Positions 25,194 through 32,000 of a stretch of 32,000 nucleotides of DNA are shown here, in pieces. Numbering within the stretch: the first letter of the stretch is position 1; every line of letters begins with the position of its first letter. The position numbers were made by a program, and so were the translations under genes. Source of the stretch: Candidatus Methylomirabilis limnetica (GTDB lineage: Bacteria > Methylomirabilota > Methylomirabilia > Methylomirabilales > Methylomirabilaceae). The stretch spans positions 121,078-153,077 of the forward strand of contig NZ_NVQC01000013.1 of the NCBI RefSeq assembly GCF_003044035.1, in the 5' to 3' direction. Below the pieces are notes generated by a model. The model saw only the letters and a list, made by a program, of their open reading frames with translations, searched no databases and was not told where the DNA came from.

Positions 25194-26381
25194 CTACACC
25201 CGCTCAAGCGCCAAAAGCGTGATATCGTCTTCGAACTCATTGCTGCCCCTCCAGCGCTCTAGTGTTTGCTCTATACCCGCCATCACCTCCCGTAACGGAC
25301 GGTCTCGCCATTCTTCCAAGAGGGTCATGAGGCGGTTGACGGAAAAATGCTCTCCATGCTTACTGGTACATTCTGTAATACCGTCGGAGTACAGGAAGAG
25401 GCGGTCGCCCGGTTGGAGGGTGAGGTCGAGTTCCCCATACTTGGCATCAAGCAACATTCCCACAGGAAACCCCCCTGTTCCCAGCAGCTCAGCTTTGGCC
25501 CCCCTGGGTTGATAGATTGGGGATGGATGACCGGCCTGAGTGAGCAGCATTCTGGCACTCCGAGTCTCGACGATGCCATAGACCATAGTGAAATAGTGCA
25601 TCGCATCATCCTCGGACTGAAACAGTTGGTTGAGGGATTGGACAGCCTCTGCAGGCGTCGCGATGTCGTAGTGGGGTGGGTCTGAGACGAAACGCATCAA
25701 TGGACTGCCCTGACTGGATATGGGGGAGAGGACCTTACTCAACGTGACCGACAGCATCGCCGCAGGAATCCCGTGACCGGCAACGTCAAGGATGTAAAAG
25801 CCCACCTGATGTTCATTGAGCTGAAAGAAATTAAAGATATCCCCCGCGACGAAATGACAGGGAGTGAATATCCAATCAAACTTGAACCCAGGGATGGTCA
25901 GCGCACTGCTTGGCAGGAGACCTCGCTGCATCTTCACCGCGGCATCAAGGTCCTCACGAATCCTGGAATAGGCCTCCTGTAGCTTTTTATTCTGCTCTTC
26001 CAGATTACTTTCCAGTGTGACGATCCGTTCCCCAGCTCTGATACGGACCTTGAGTTCACCGGCATTGAAGGGTTTGATCAAAAAATCGTCGGCCCCGGCC
26101 TCCATCCCCGTGATGAGTTCATCCTTCGCATTCTTGGCCGTCAGGAGGATGACGTAGATGTATCGTGCGAATTTCGCCTCTCTGATCCGGCGGCAGAGCC
26201 CCAAACCGTCGAGATTCGGCATGGTCCAGTCAGTGATCACAAAACTAATCGGTTCGTTCTGGAGACGCTCCCACGCTTCCACTCCATCGGCCGCAGGGAC
26301 GGCGTCGTATCCCCATCGTTGGAGGGTTCGCAGAAGCAGCTTCCGCATATCCACATCATCGTCAACGATCAGAATTCGCAT
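25194..26381 (-). CDS. response regulator with PP2C (SpoIIE/RsbU-type) phosphatase output
   Basis: REC domain (ILIVDDDVDMRK...TDWTMPNLDG...K) followed by the SpoIIE-type region ...DVAGHGIPAAM...LYSDGITE...DDITLLAL. Confidence 0.85.
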   Translation of the reverse strand: MRILIVDDDVDMRKLLLRTLQRWGYDAVPAADGVEAWERLQNEPISFVITDWTMPNLDGLGLCRRIREAKFARYIYVILLTAKNAKDELITGMEAGADDFLIKPFNAGELKVRIRAGERIVTLESNLEEQNKKLQEAYSRIREDLDAAVKMQRGLLPSSALTIPGFKFDWIFTPCHFVAGDIFNFFQLNEHQVGFYILDVAGHGIPAAMLSVTLSKVLSPISSQGSPLMRFVSDPPHYDIATPAEAVQSLNQLFQSEDDAMHYFTMVYGIVETRSARMLLTQAGHPSPIYQPRGAKAELLGTGGFPVGMLLDAKYGELDLTLQPGDRLFLYSDGITECTSKHGEHFSVNRLMTLLEEWRDRPLREVMAGIEQTLERWRGSNEFEDDITLLALERV

Positions 26382-26459
26382 CGTAAGCTCCCGCTACATG
26401 CTTTGTCGGCGCACCCATGGTCCTGGAAGCCAGCGCCTTGCCTCCCTCAGCCTTCCCAT

Positions 26460-26516
26460 TGTAGGGGCAGGCCTTGTGCCTGCCCAGATCGGGCGACCAC
26501 GAGGGCCGCCCCTACA
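26460..26516. repeat. REP-like nested hairpin (family 3)
   Basis: TGTAGGGGC (26460-26468) pairs with GCCCCTACA (26508-26516), with an inner hairpin GGCAGGC cttgt GCCTGCC. Confidence 0.65.
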
Positions 26517-26631
26517 TCGGGACGGGTGATGGAGAACTTTCAAAGTAATAACAATAATAGTGTAGGACGAGGAGGGCCGGGATGCAACTGCATGATGCAG
26601 CCGCGATAGACAATAGATCAGTTCTGTCCGA

Positions 26632-26689
26632 GGCTGAAGGTAGATAGACTGAAGATGTTAAGGATTCTTCAGCCTTCGGTCTTCAGTCT
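26632..26689. repeat. interleaved inverted repeats built on CTGAAG/CTTCAG units
   Basis: GGCTGAAG (26632-26639) pairs with CTTCAGCC (26667-26674), and AGACTGAAGA (26646-26655) pairs with TCTTCAGTCT (26680-26689). Confidence 0.6.
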
Positions 26690-26728
26690 GAATACCTGCT
26701 TTTGGCGCTGATTGCTGACCGCTACTTT

Positions 26729-27940
26729 CTAGCGAACGATGGAGAAATCAAAATGGTCGAGCGTAGTTTGAACGTGGTTGAGGAAGGCGCTGGCGTAGGC
26801 GCCGTCGATGAGGCGGTGATCGTAGGAGAGGCAGAGGTAGGCCATCGAACGGATGGTGATGGCATCGTTGATCACGACCGGCCGCTTCACCACCTTGCCG
26901 AAGCCTAAGATTCCCGCCTGCGGCTGAACAATGATCGGCGTCCCGATCAGGGTCCCTAACGCGCCGAAGTTATTCACTGTGAAGGTCCCTTGGTGGACCT
27001 CCTCAAGACTGATCCGCTTGTCGCGTGCCCTCGCGGCCAGGTCGGCTAGCTGTTTCGCCAGGGTCAGGAAGCTCTTTTTGTCAGCCTCCCGCAGCACCGG
27101 GACGATGAGACCCTCCTCCAGAGCCACGGCAATCCCGATATTGACCGCTTGTTTGACGATGATCCCCTCACGGGTGTAGGAAGCGTTCATAAGCGGATAG
27201 GCGCGCAGGCCATCCGCAGCGGCCTTCACCACGAAAGGCAGAAAGGTGAGCGTAATTCCGGTCTGCTTGAGGAAGGTCTCTTGGTGGGCCTGCCGGTATC
27301 CATCGATGGCCGTCATGTCGACCTCGTAGATCTGCGTCACGTGAGCAGCGGTTCGCTGACTCCGGACCATATGCTCAGCGATTGCCTTTCGCATAGGGCT
27401 GATCGGGAGGATCTGGTCCTCGGTAGCGGGGGCAGGAGGTTGGGGGCCCACTCCGGGCGGCTGTACAGTTACCTGTGGTCGCTGCGCGATGAAGTCTAGC
27501 AGATCCTTCCGCGTGATGCGTCCATCCGTACCGGTTCCTCTCACCCGGGTAAGGTCCACGCCGTGCTCCTTTGCCAGATCGAGGACGACGGGCGAGTACC
27601 AGTGCGTTGTCTGCGTCGCAGCCTCTGCTCCGAGCGCAGTGGCCTGAACGCCCTCCCGCCGCTCTACCACCGGCCTGCCTGGCGGGACCGTATCGGCGTG
27701 AGAAGCCTCGCTGATATAGGCCAGCACAGCTCCGACCGACGCCGTGCCCCCATCCTGGACGACGATCTCAGCGAGTACTCCAGCGGCAGTGGAGGGGATC
27801 TCGACATCTACCTTGTCTGTGGAGATGGCCACCAGTGGCTCATCCTTGGCGACCAATTCACCGACCTTCTTCAGCCAGGCGATGACCGTCCCCTCCGCAA
27901 TACTCTCGCCCATCTGTGGCATTATGACTTGAATGTGCAC
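26729..27940 (-). CDS. 2-oxoacid dehydrogenase E2 (dihydrolipoamide acyltransferase)
   Basis: Lipoyl domain ...LVAISTDKVDVEIPS, an E1/E3-binding region, and catalytic DHRLIDGA. Confidence 0.9.
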   Translation of the reverse strand: MHIQVIMPQMGESIAEGTVIAWLKKVGELVAKDEPLVAISTDKVDVEIPSTAAGVLAEIVVQDGGTASVGAVLAYISEASHADTVPPGRPVVERREGVQATALGAEAATQTTHWYSPVVLDLAKEHGVDLTRVRGTGTDGRITRKDLLDFIAQRPQVTVQPPGVGPQPPAPATEDQILPISPMRKAIAEHMVRSQRTAAHVTQIYEVDMTAIDGYRQAHQETFLKQTGITLTFLPFVVKAAADGLRAYPLMNASYTREGIIVKQAVNIGIAVALEEGLIVPVLREADKKSFLTLAKQLADLAARARDKRISLEEVHQGTFTVNNFGALGTLIGTPIIVQPQAGILGFGKVVKRPVVINDAITIRSMAYLCLSYDHRLIDGAYASAFLNHVQTTLDHFDFSIVR

Positions 27941-27949
27941 GGTCGGACC

Positions 27950-28933
27950 TCAGAAGCTGGCCAGTTCTCTTGCCTTACTGGCGATGGTTTCGGCATTGGG
28001 CAAGTACGCCTCCTCCAGCACGGGACTATAGGGGATAGGAGTGTGGGGGGGCGCCACGCGGGCGATAGGGGCATCCAGATAGTGAAAGAGCTCCTCGGCG
28101 ATCCGGGCTGCGATCTCGCCGCCTATGCCACCGGTCTTTTGGGCCTCATGCACCACCATTACTCGTCCTGTCTTCTTGACTGAGGCGGCGATTGCGGCCA
28201 TATCGAGGGGCTGGAGCGTGCGGAGGTCCACTACCTCCAAGTCAATCCCTTCCGACATGAGTAGCTCCGCCGCTGCGAGCGACTGCTGGAGCATGGCGCC
28301 GTAGGTGATCACGCTGACGGTACTGCCCTGTCTTTTCACCTCTGCCTGGCCGATCGGCACGATGATGTCTCCTTCCGGCACATTCCCCTTGATGTGACGA
28401 TAGAGGTACTTGTGCTCAAAGTAGATCACCGGGTTAGGATCGCGAATGGCTGCCTTCAGCAGACCTTTCGCATCGGCAGGGGTGGAGGGGGCCACAAGCT
28501 TCAGGCCCGCCACATGAAAGAACCACGCCTCTGGACATTGGGAATGGAACGGTCCCGCGTGGATGCCGCCTCCATAGGGGGCCCGAATCACCAGGGGGAC
28601 CGGTTCACCGGTGCGGTAGTGATGTTTGGCCGCCATGTTGACGATCTGGTCAAAGGCGCAGGCAATGAAGTCGGCGAACTGCATCTCGACTACCGGTCGC
28701 ATCCCCATGAGGGCGGCGCCGATCGCGGCTCCGACGAACCCAGACTCAGACAGCGGCGTGTCGATCACCCGCTCCGGCCCGAACTTGTCGAGAAACCCCT
28801 TTGTCACCTTGAAGGCGCCGCCATAGACGCCGATATCCTCTCCGAGCATGAAGACGCGCTCGTCCCGGTCCATTTCTTCCCACAAGGCTTGTCGAATCGC
28901 TTCGAGGTAGGTGATCTCCATCCTCTTCCTCAA
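27950..28933 (-). CDS. 2-oxoacid dehydrogenase E1 beta subunit
   Basis: 327 aa with a transketolase-like pyrimidine-binding region ...RVIDTPLSESGFVGAAIGAALMGMRPVVE... Confidence 0.9.
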   Translation of the reverse strand: MRKRMEITYLEAIRQALWEEMDRDERVFMLGEDIGVYGGAFKVTKGFLDKFGPERVIDTPLSESGFVGAAIGAALMGMRPVVEMQFADFIACAFDQIVNMAAKHHYRTGEPVPLVIRAPYGGGIHAGPFHSQCPEAWFFHVAGLKLVAPSTPADAKGLLKAAIRDPNPVIYFEHKYLYRHIKGNVPEGDIIVPIGQAEVKRQGSTVSVITYGAMLQQSLAAAELLMSEGIDLEVVDLRTLQPLDMAAIAASVKKTGRVMVVHEAQKTGGIGGEIAARIAEELFHYLDAPIARVAPPHTPIPYSPVLEEAYLPNAETIASKARELASF

Positions 28934-28953
28934 ACCCGGCTGATAGCTGTTAG

Positions 28954-29925
28954 CTAGGAGGCGTAGACTCCATCGAGAAGTTCCTTCGCATCCGGAAACG
29001 GGCTCGATTCCGCGAATAAAACGGCCTCCTCGATTTCCCCGGCAATGCGGTCGTCGATCGCCTTGACGGATGCGTCGTCAAGGACCTTCTGATCTCGCAG
29101 GTACGCGACGAATCGATCGATTGGGTCTCGCTTTCGCCACTCCTCGATCAGGGCAGGCGGGACATACGAGGCGTCGTCATGCTCGGAATGACCTCGCATC
29201 CGCATCGTCTTACCTTCTACGAGGGAAGGGCCTTCGCCTGATCTCGCGCGAGCGGCCGCTAAAGAGACGGCCGCGCGGACGGCGAGCACATCGTTACCAT
29301 CCACGCTGACGCCCGGCATCCCATAGGCCTTGGCACGATCAGCGACATGCTCGATGGCCATCTGACGGGAGACCGGGGTGGAGTAGGCGTACTGATTGTT
29401 ATGACAGATGAAGATGACGGGCAGTTTCAGCACGGCAGCGAGGTTCAGGGCTTCGTGGAAATCGCCGCGACTTGACGCGCCGTCGCCGAAAAAGGCCGCG
29501 ACCACGCGGCGCTCGCGCCGAAGCTTGAAGGCTAATCCGACGCCTGCCGCCACCGGCAGCAGGTCGGCCATCGGACTGATGAATCCGATGATGCCCCGTG
29601 TGATATCGCCGAAATGGACATTGCCGTCACGTCCCCTGGTCAGTCCGGTCTGTCTGGCCAGGTACTGGGCCATAAATTCCTTCGGTGTGATTCCCTTTAC
29701 GAGATTCGCGCCGAGGTCCCTATGGGTTGGGGCGATGACGTCGTCGGGCTCGAGTGCGACGGCACTCCCCACCGCGATTGCCTCTTCCCCTGTGCCAAGG
29801 TAGACGCCACCCACGATCTTGCCCTGTCGGTAGAGAGTGATGACCCGCTGCTCCAGCCCGCGGGTGAGCTTAAGGAAGTAACAGATATTGAGCAGCTCGT
29901 CTGGTGTGGGTTGCTGAACCCCCAT
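28954..29925 (-). CDS. 2-oxoacid dehydrogenase E1 alpha subunit (TPP-binding)
   Basis: TPP motif GDGASSRGDFHEALN...NN. The start was placed at Met14 of the ORF because GAGAGGTGG precedes it. Confidence 0.85.
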   Translation of the reverse strand: MGVQQPTPDELLNICYFLKLTRGLEQRVITLYRQGKIVGGVYLGTGEEAIAVGSAVALEPDDVIAPTHRDLGANLVKGITPKEFMAQYLARQTGLTRGRDGNVHFGDITRGIIGFISPMADLLPVAAGVGLAFKLRRERRVVAAFFGDGASSRGDFHEALNLAAVLKLPVIFICHNNQYAYSTPVSRQMAIEHVADRAKAYGMPGVSVDGNDVLAVRAAVSLAAARARSGEGPSLVEGKTMRMRGHSEHDDASYVPPALIEEWRKRDPIDRFVAYLRDQKVLDDASVKAIDDRIAGEIEEAVLFAESSPFPDAKELLDGVYAS

Positions 29926-30069
29926 GATGCCACCTCTCCCCTCTGTTGTGAAAAGCGGCTTCACTCTAACTGGTAGCAGTATAATCTGTCCAAACCGAGT
30001 TTGTAAATCATTTCATCGCGCATACGACGATTTCTCGCCGTCTGCTGAACAGGCTTTCCCCGGCTGTTC

Positions 30070-30183
30070 TCAGCGCCCCATAGCGAACATCATCAGGACG
30101 ATCAAAGCAACAGTGACAGCGGCCACAATCAGGAGTAAGCGGGTGGCCCTTCGTGTGTACTTGCGTATCTGTCGTTGTGACAT
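30070..30183 (-). CDS. possible 37-aa single-pass membrane peptide
   Basis: MSQRQIRKYTRRATRLLLIVAAVTVALIVLMMFAMGR, preceded by GGAGTGAGAG. Basic N-terminus plus a hydrophobic helix. No homology was recognised. Confidence 0.3.
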   Translation of the reverse strand: MSQRQIRKYTRRATRLLLIVAAVTVALIVLMMFAMGR

Positions 30184-30292
30184 CTCTCACTCCACCGCAG
30201 TAACGATCTCCCCACCGACTTTCCTCCATGACCGCTTTTACCATAGCATACGGCCCTTGGACTCCGCTACAGTAGATCACTCCTCATCACCC

Positions 30293-30329
30293 AATCCCCC
30301 CCTTTCAAAAAGGGGGGCGAGGGGGGATT
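30293..30329. repeat. C-run/G-run hairpin repeat (family 1, copy 4)
   Basis: AATCCCCCCCCTTT caa AAAGGGGGG cga GGGGGGATT, with alternative nested pairings. Confidence 0.65.
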
Positions 30330-30367
30330 TGGCGGTGACACTGATTGGAAAGTCTCCCCCACCCGCG

Positions 30368-30467
30368 TCACCGCGAGGGAGCGGAGCGACCGAAGCAATC
30401 CCATCGTTCTTCACACCCTCAAGGACATTCAGATTGCCACGCTCCCTTCGGTCGCTCGCAATGACGA
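30368..30467. repeat. REP-like long imperfect hairpin (family 4)
   Basis: GAGCGACCGAAG (30384-30395) pairs with CTTCGGTCGCTC (30446-30457), and CAATC pairs with GATTG. Confidence 0.6.
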
Positions 30468-30839
30468 GCCAGTGAGTGGCATAGTCTGGCTTTAAACTTT
30501 CATACCCAAGAGCGCCCTATATCCACATGGCTGCCAACACACTACGACGATCTATACCCATGTAATGAACCGAAGGGACAAGGGAATCCACAGCCCAGTC
30601 GATAGGCTCGAATTTAGCTAGGGCAGTTCGCTGTGGGAAGGTTGAATAGGCTGACCTGGGTGCAGCGTTTGCCGTCATCAGGATTTATAAGAATGTATTG
30701 CTAACTACGCGATAAGGCTGTACTATTTGCTCTGACCTAAAAACGGTTGGTCTGGATATACTGGTCAGCATACATAATAGTTGGGCAACATGTACCCCAG
30801 TGTTGTCTGACTCTTTAATCAAGGGGAAGGGAGAGCAAT

Positions 30840-30905
30840 ATGTTTTGTCTAAAGTGCGGCAAGGAAAACTCTAACGACGTAAAGTTTTTCGTCTTGACCG
30901 TGTAG
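30840..30905 (+). pseudogene. possible frameshifted zinc-ribbon mini-gene
   Basis: MFCLKCGKENSNDVKFF... (CxxCG knuckle) stops after 21 codons. A second knuckle, CRKICG, is readable in another frame just downstream. GGGAAGGGAG lies upstream. Confidence 0.25.
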
Positions 30906-31002
30906 AAAGATCTGTGGTGTACTTAGCCGTACATCTAATGATTGGTCAGCCGTGGTCCGGCGCTTGGAGTAAAATTTACCCGACATTTCGAGAGGTAGGG
31001 GC

Positions 31003-31224
31003 ATGAAGCAATCGTCGGTTGTGCACTGCGATCCTGATATCCTGGGGGGCACCCCGGTGTTCGTTGGAACGCGCGTTCCTGTTCAGGCGCTGATTGACTA
31101 TATCGAGGGCGGCCACTCCCTTGAAACGTTCCTTGATGACTTCCCAACCGTGAGCCGGGACATCGCGGTGGCTGCTCTCGAGCAGGCGAAAGTGCATTTA
31201 CTCGCCGATGCGCGTGCTGCTTGA
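31003..31224 (+). CDS. DUF433-family protein (putative antitoxin)
   Basis: 73 aa with ...DPDILGGTPVFVGTRVPVQALIDYIEGGHSLETFLDDFP..., the typical DUF433 core. Confidence 0.8.
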   Translation: MKQSSVVHCDPDILGGTPVFVGTRVPVQALIDYIEGGHSLETFLDDFPTVSRDIAVAALEQAKVHLLADARAA

Positions 31225-31510
31225 CGAATGTTTCCCCCGAGCCTTACGCGTGGAGCTTCCTGGCCACGAAATCGCGACGGTCGCTGAAGCCGGGTGGGCT
31301 GGCGTTAAAAATGGCGCGCTCTTGCAACTTGCGGCAGCGCGGTTTGAAGTTCTCTTGACCGTTGATCGCAATCTAGAGTATCAGCAGAACTTTTCCAGTC
31401 TTACGATCGCCGTCATCGTAGTTGACTCCCCAAGCAACGATGTTGAGGTGCTTCTGCCATTGTGCCCAAGGTCCTCGAAGCCTTACCCAAGGCCAAGCCT
31501 GGAGTCGTGA
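31208..31510 (+). CDS. DUF5615-family PIN-like protein (putative toxin), with a likely 3' frameshift
   Basis: MRVLLDECFPRAL...LLTVDRNLEYQQN. Overlaps the DUF433 gene by 17 nt. After about 31455 a different frame gives the family-like tail IVPKVLEALPKAKPGVVTHVHG*, ending at 31527. Confidence 0.7.
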   Translation: MRVLLDECFPRALRVELPGHEIATVAEAGWAGVKNGALLQLAAARFEVLLTVDRNLEYQQNFSSLTIAVIVVDSPSNDVEVLLPLCPRSSKPYPRPSLES

Positions 31511-31521
31511 CGCATGTCCAC

Positions 31522-31587
31522 GGCTAACAGCGCAATCACACCGACGCGCGCAAAAGCGGTGCGCGCGGGTGATTGCGAACGTTGGAC
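31522..31587 (+). mobile_element. attC-like hairpin site P (66 bp)
   Basis: GGCTAAC-ag-CGCAATCACa-CCGaCGCGCGC-aaaagcg-GTGCGCGCGG-GTGATTGCG-aac-GTTGGAC. Same architecture as site Q at 13702-13768. Confidence 0.6.
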
Positions 31588-31903
31588 GACATAACAATGG
31601 ACAAACGTATCTTGTGGGCAGTGTTCTCGGATTACTCGCTTTAATATTTGCGTATTCCTATCAAAGCCGCTACCCATTCTGATCGCAAAGTAGACATCTC
31701 TTCCGATTGAACTCGGCCAGACGTTCCGATGTTGGTGCAGATTTGTGGTTGAAATCTACACCGCGATGCCGAGGGTGACATCCCCGCTTGGAGGTGGAGA
31801 GTCCTTCTGATCAGCGGGAATAGGCTGACCGTTCCTGCAGTGTTTGCCATGTTCCGGATCGTTGGAAATTCCTTGCGGGTGTAAGACAAATTTATGGGTA
31901 ATA

Positions 31904-31955
31904 TTGACTTTTCCCTTTTTTTGGCCTATCATCTGATTGTTAATTGAGCAATCAG
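31904..31955 (+). promoter_or_regulatory. sigma70-type promoter with downstream operator palindrome
   Basis: TTGACT (31904-31909), 17 nt, TATCAT (31927-31932), immediately followed by CTGATTG-ttaattgag-CAATCAG (31933-31955) and then the AAGGAGG RBS. Confidence 0.5.
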
Positions 31956-31968
31956 ATAAGGAGGCCTT

Positions 31969-32000
31969 ATGACAACACCACTTGAACAACTGGAAGAGCG
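31969..32000 (+). CDS. start of an unidentified gene (3' end lies outside the window)
   Basis: ATG at 31969 follows AAGGAGG. Only MTTPLEQLEE is visible. Confidence 0.35.
   Translation, partial: MTTPLEQLEE

Noticed and set aside
30008-30280. 90-aa minus-strand ORF upstream of the E1 alpha gene.
   Set aside because: It has no RBS and no recognisable features, and it overlaps the more plausible 37-codon membrane-peptide ORF in another frame.
31737-31767. Hairpin GGTGcAGATTT-gtggttg-AAATCTaCACC downstream of site P, as a possible further attC.
   Set aside because: There are no RYYYAAC/GTTRRRY heptamers at its ends. It is kept only as an unexplained hairpin.

Overview
GC-rich bacterial chromosomal fragment. 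No rRNA, tRNA or CRISPR array was found. The core genes are readable by eye. On the plus strand: alaS tail, psd-pssA, leuA-asd-truA, a Tat-exported multicopper oxidase with a CPYC thioredoxin-fold partner, thiD and an SDR. On the minus strand: a sigma54-dependent response regulator, glgP, a partner-switching/phosphorelay operon (REC-PP2C, hybrid histidine kinase, Hpt, STAS, RsbW-like kinase) and a 2-oxoacid dehydrogenase E1alpha/E1beta/E2 cluster. Two accessory patches stand out. Patch 1 (about 10.3-15.9 kb) holds a frameshifted partial copy of thiD, a DUF4139-like secreted protein, a decayed XRE gene, mazEF, an orphan PD-(D/E)xK nuclease-like gene and hepT-mntA. It also holds three copies of a roughly 190-bp conserved non-coding element and hairpin sites whose ends match the integron attC core consensus. 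Patch 2 (about 30.5-32 kb) is AT-richer and holds a DUF433/DUF5615 pair followed by a hairpin site homologous to one in patch 1. No integrase, transposase or recombinase gene is in the window. The most interesting reading is an integrase-less, integron-cassette-like organisation of toxin-antitoxin and nuclease modules plus an unclassified structured repeat. All of this is read by eye; no searches, folding or identity calculations were run. Several families of GC-rich hairpin (REP-like) repeats fill the intergenic regions.
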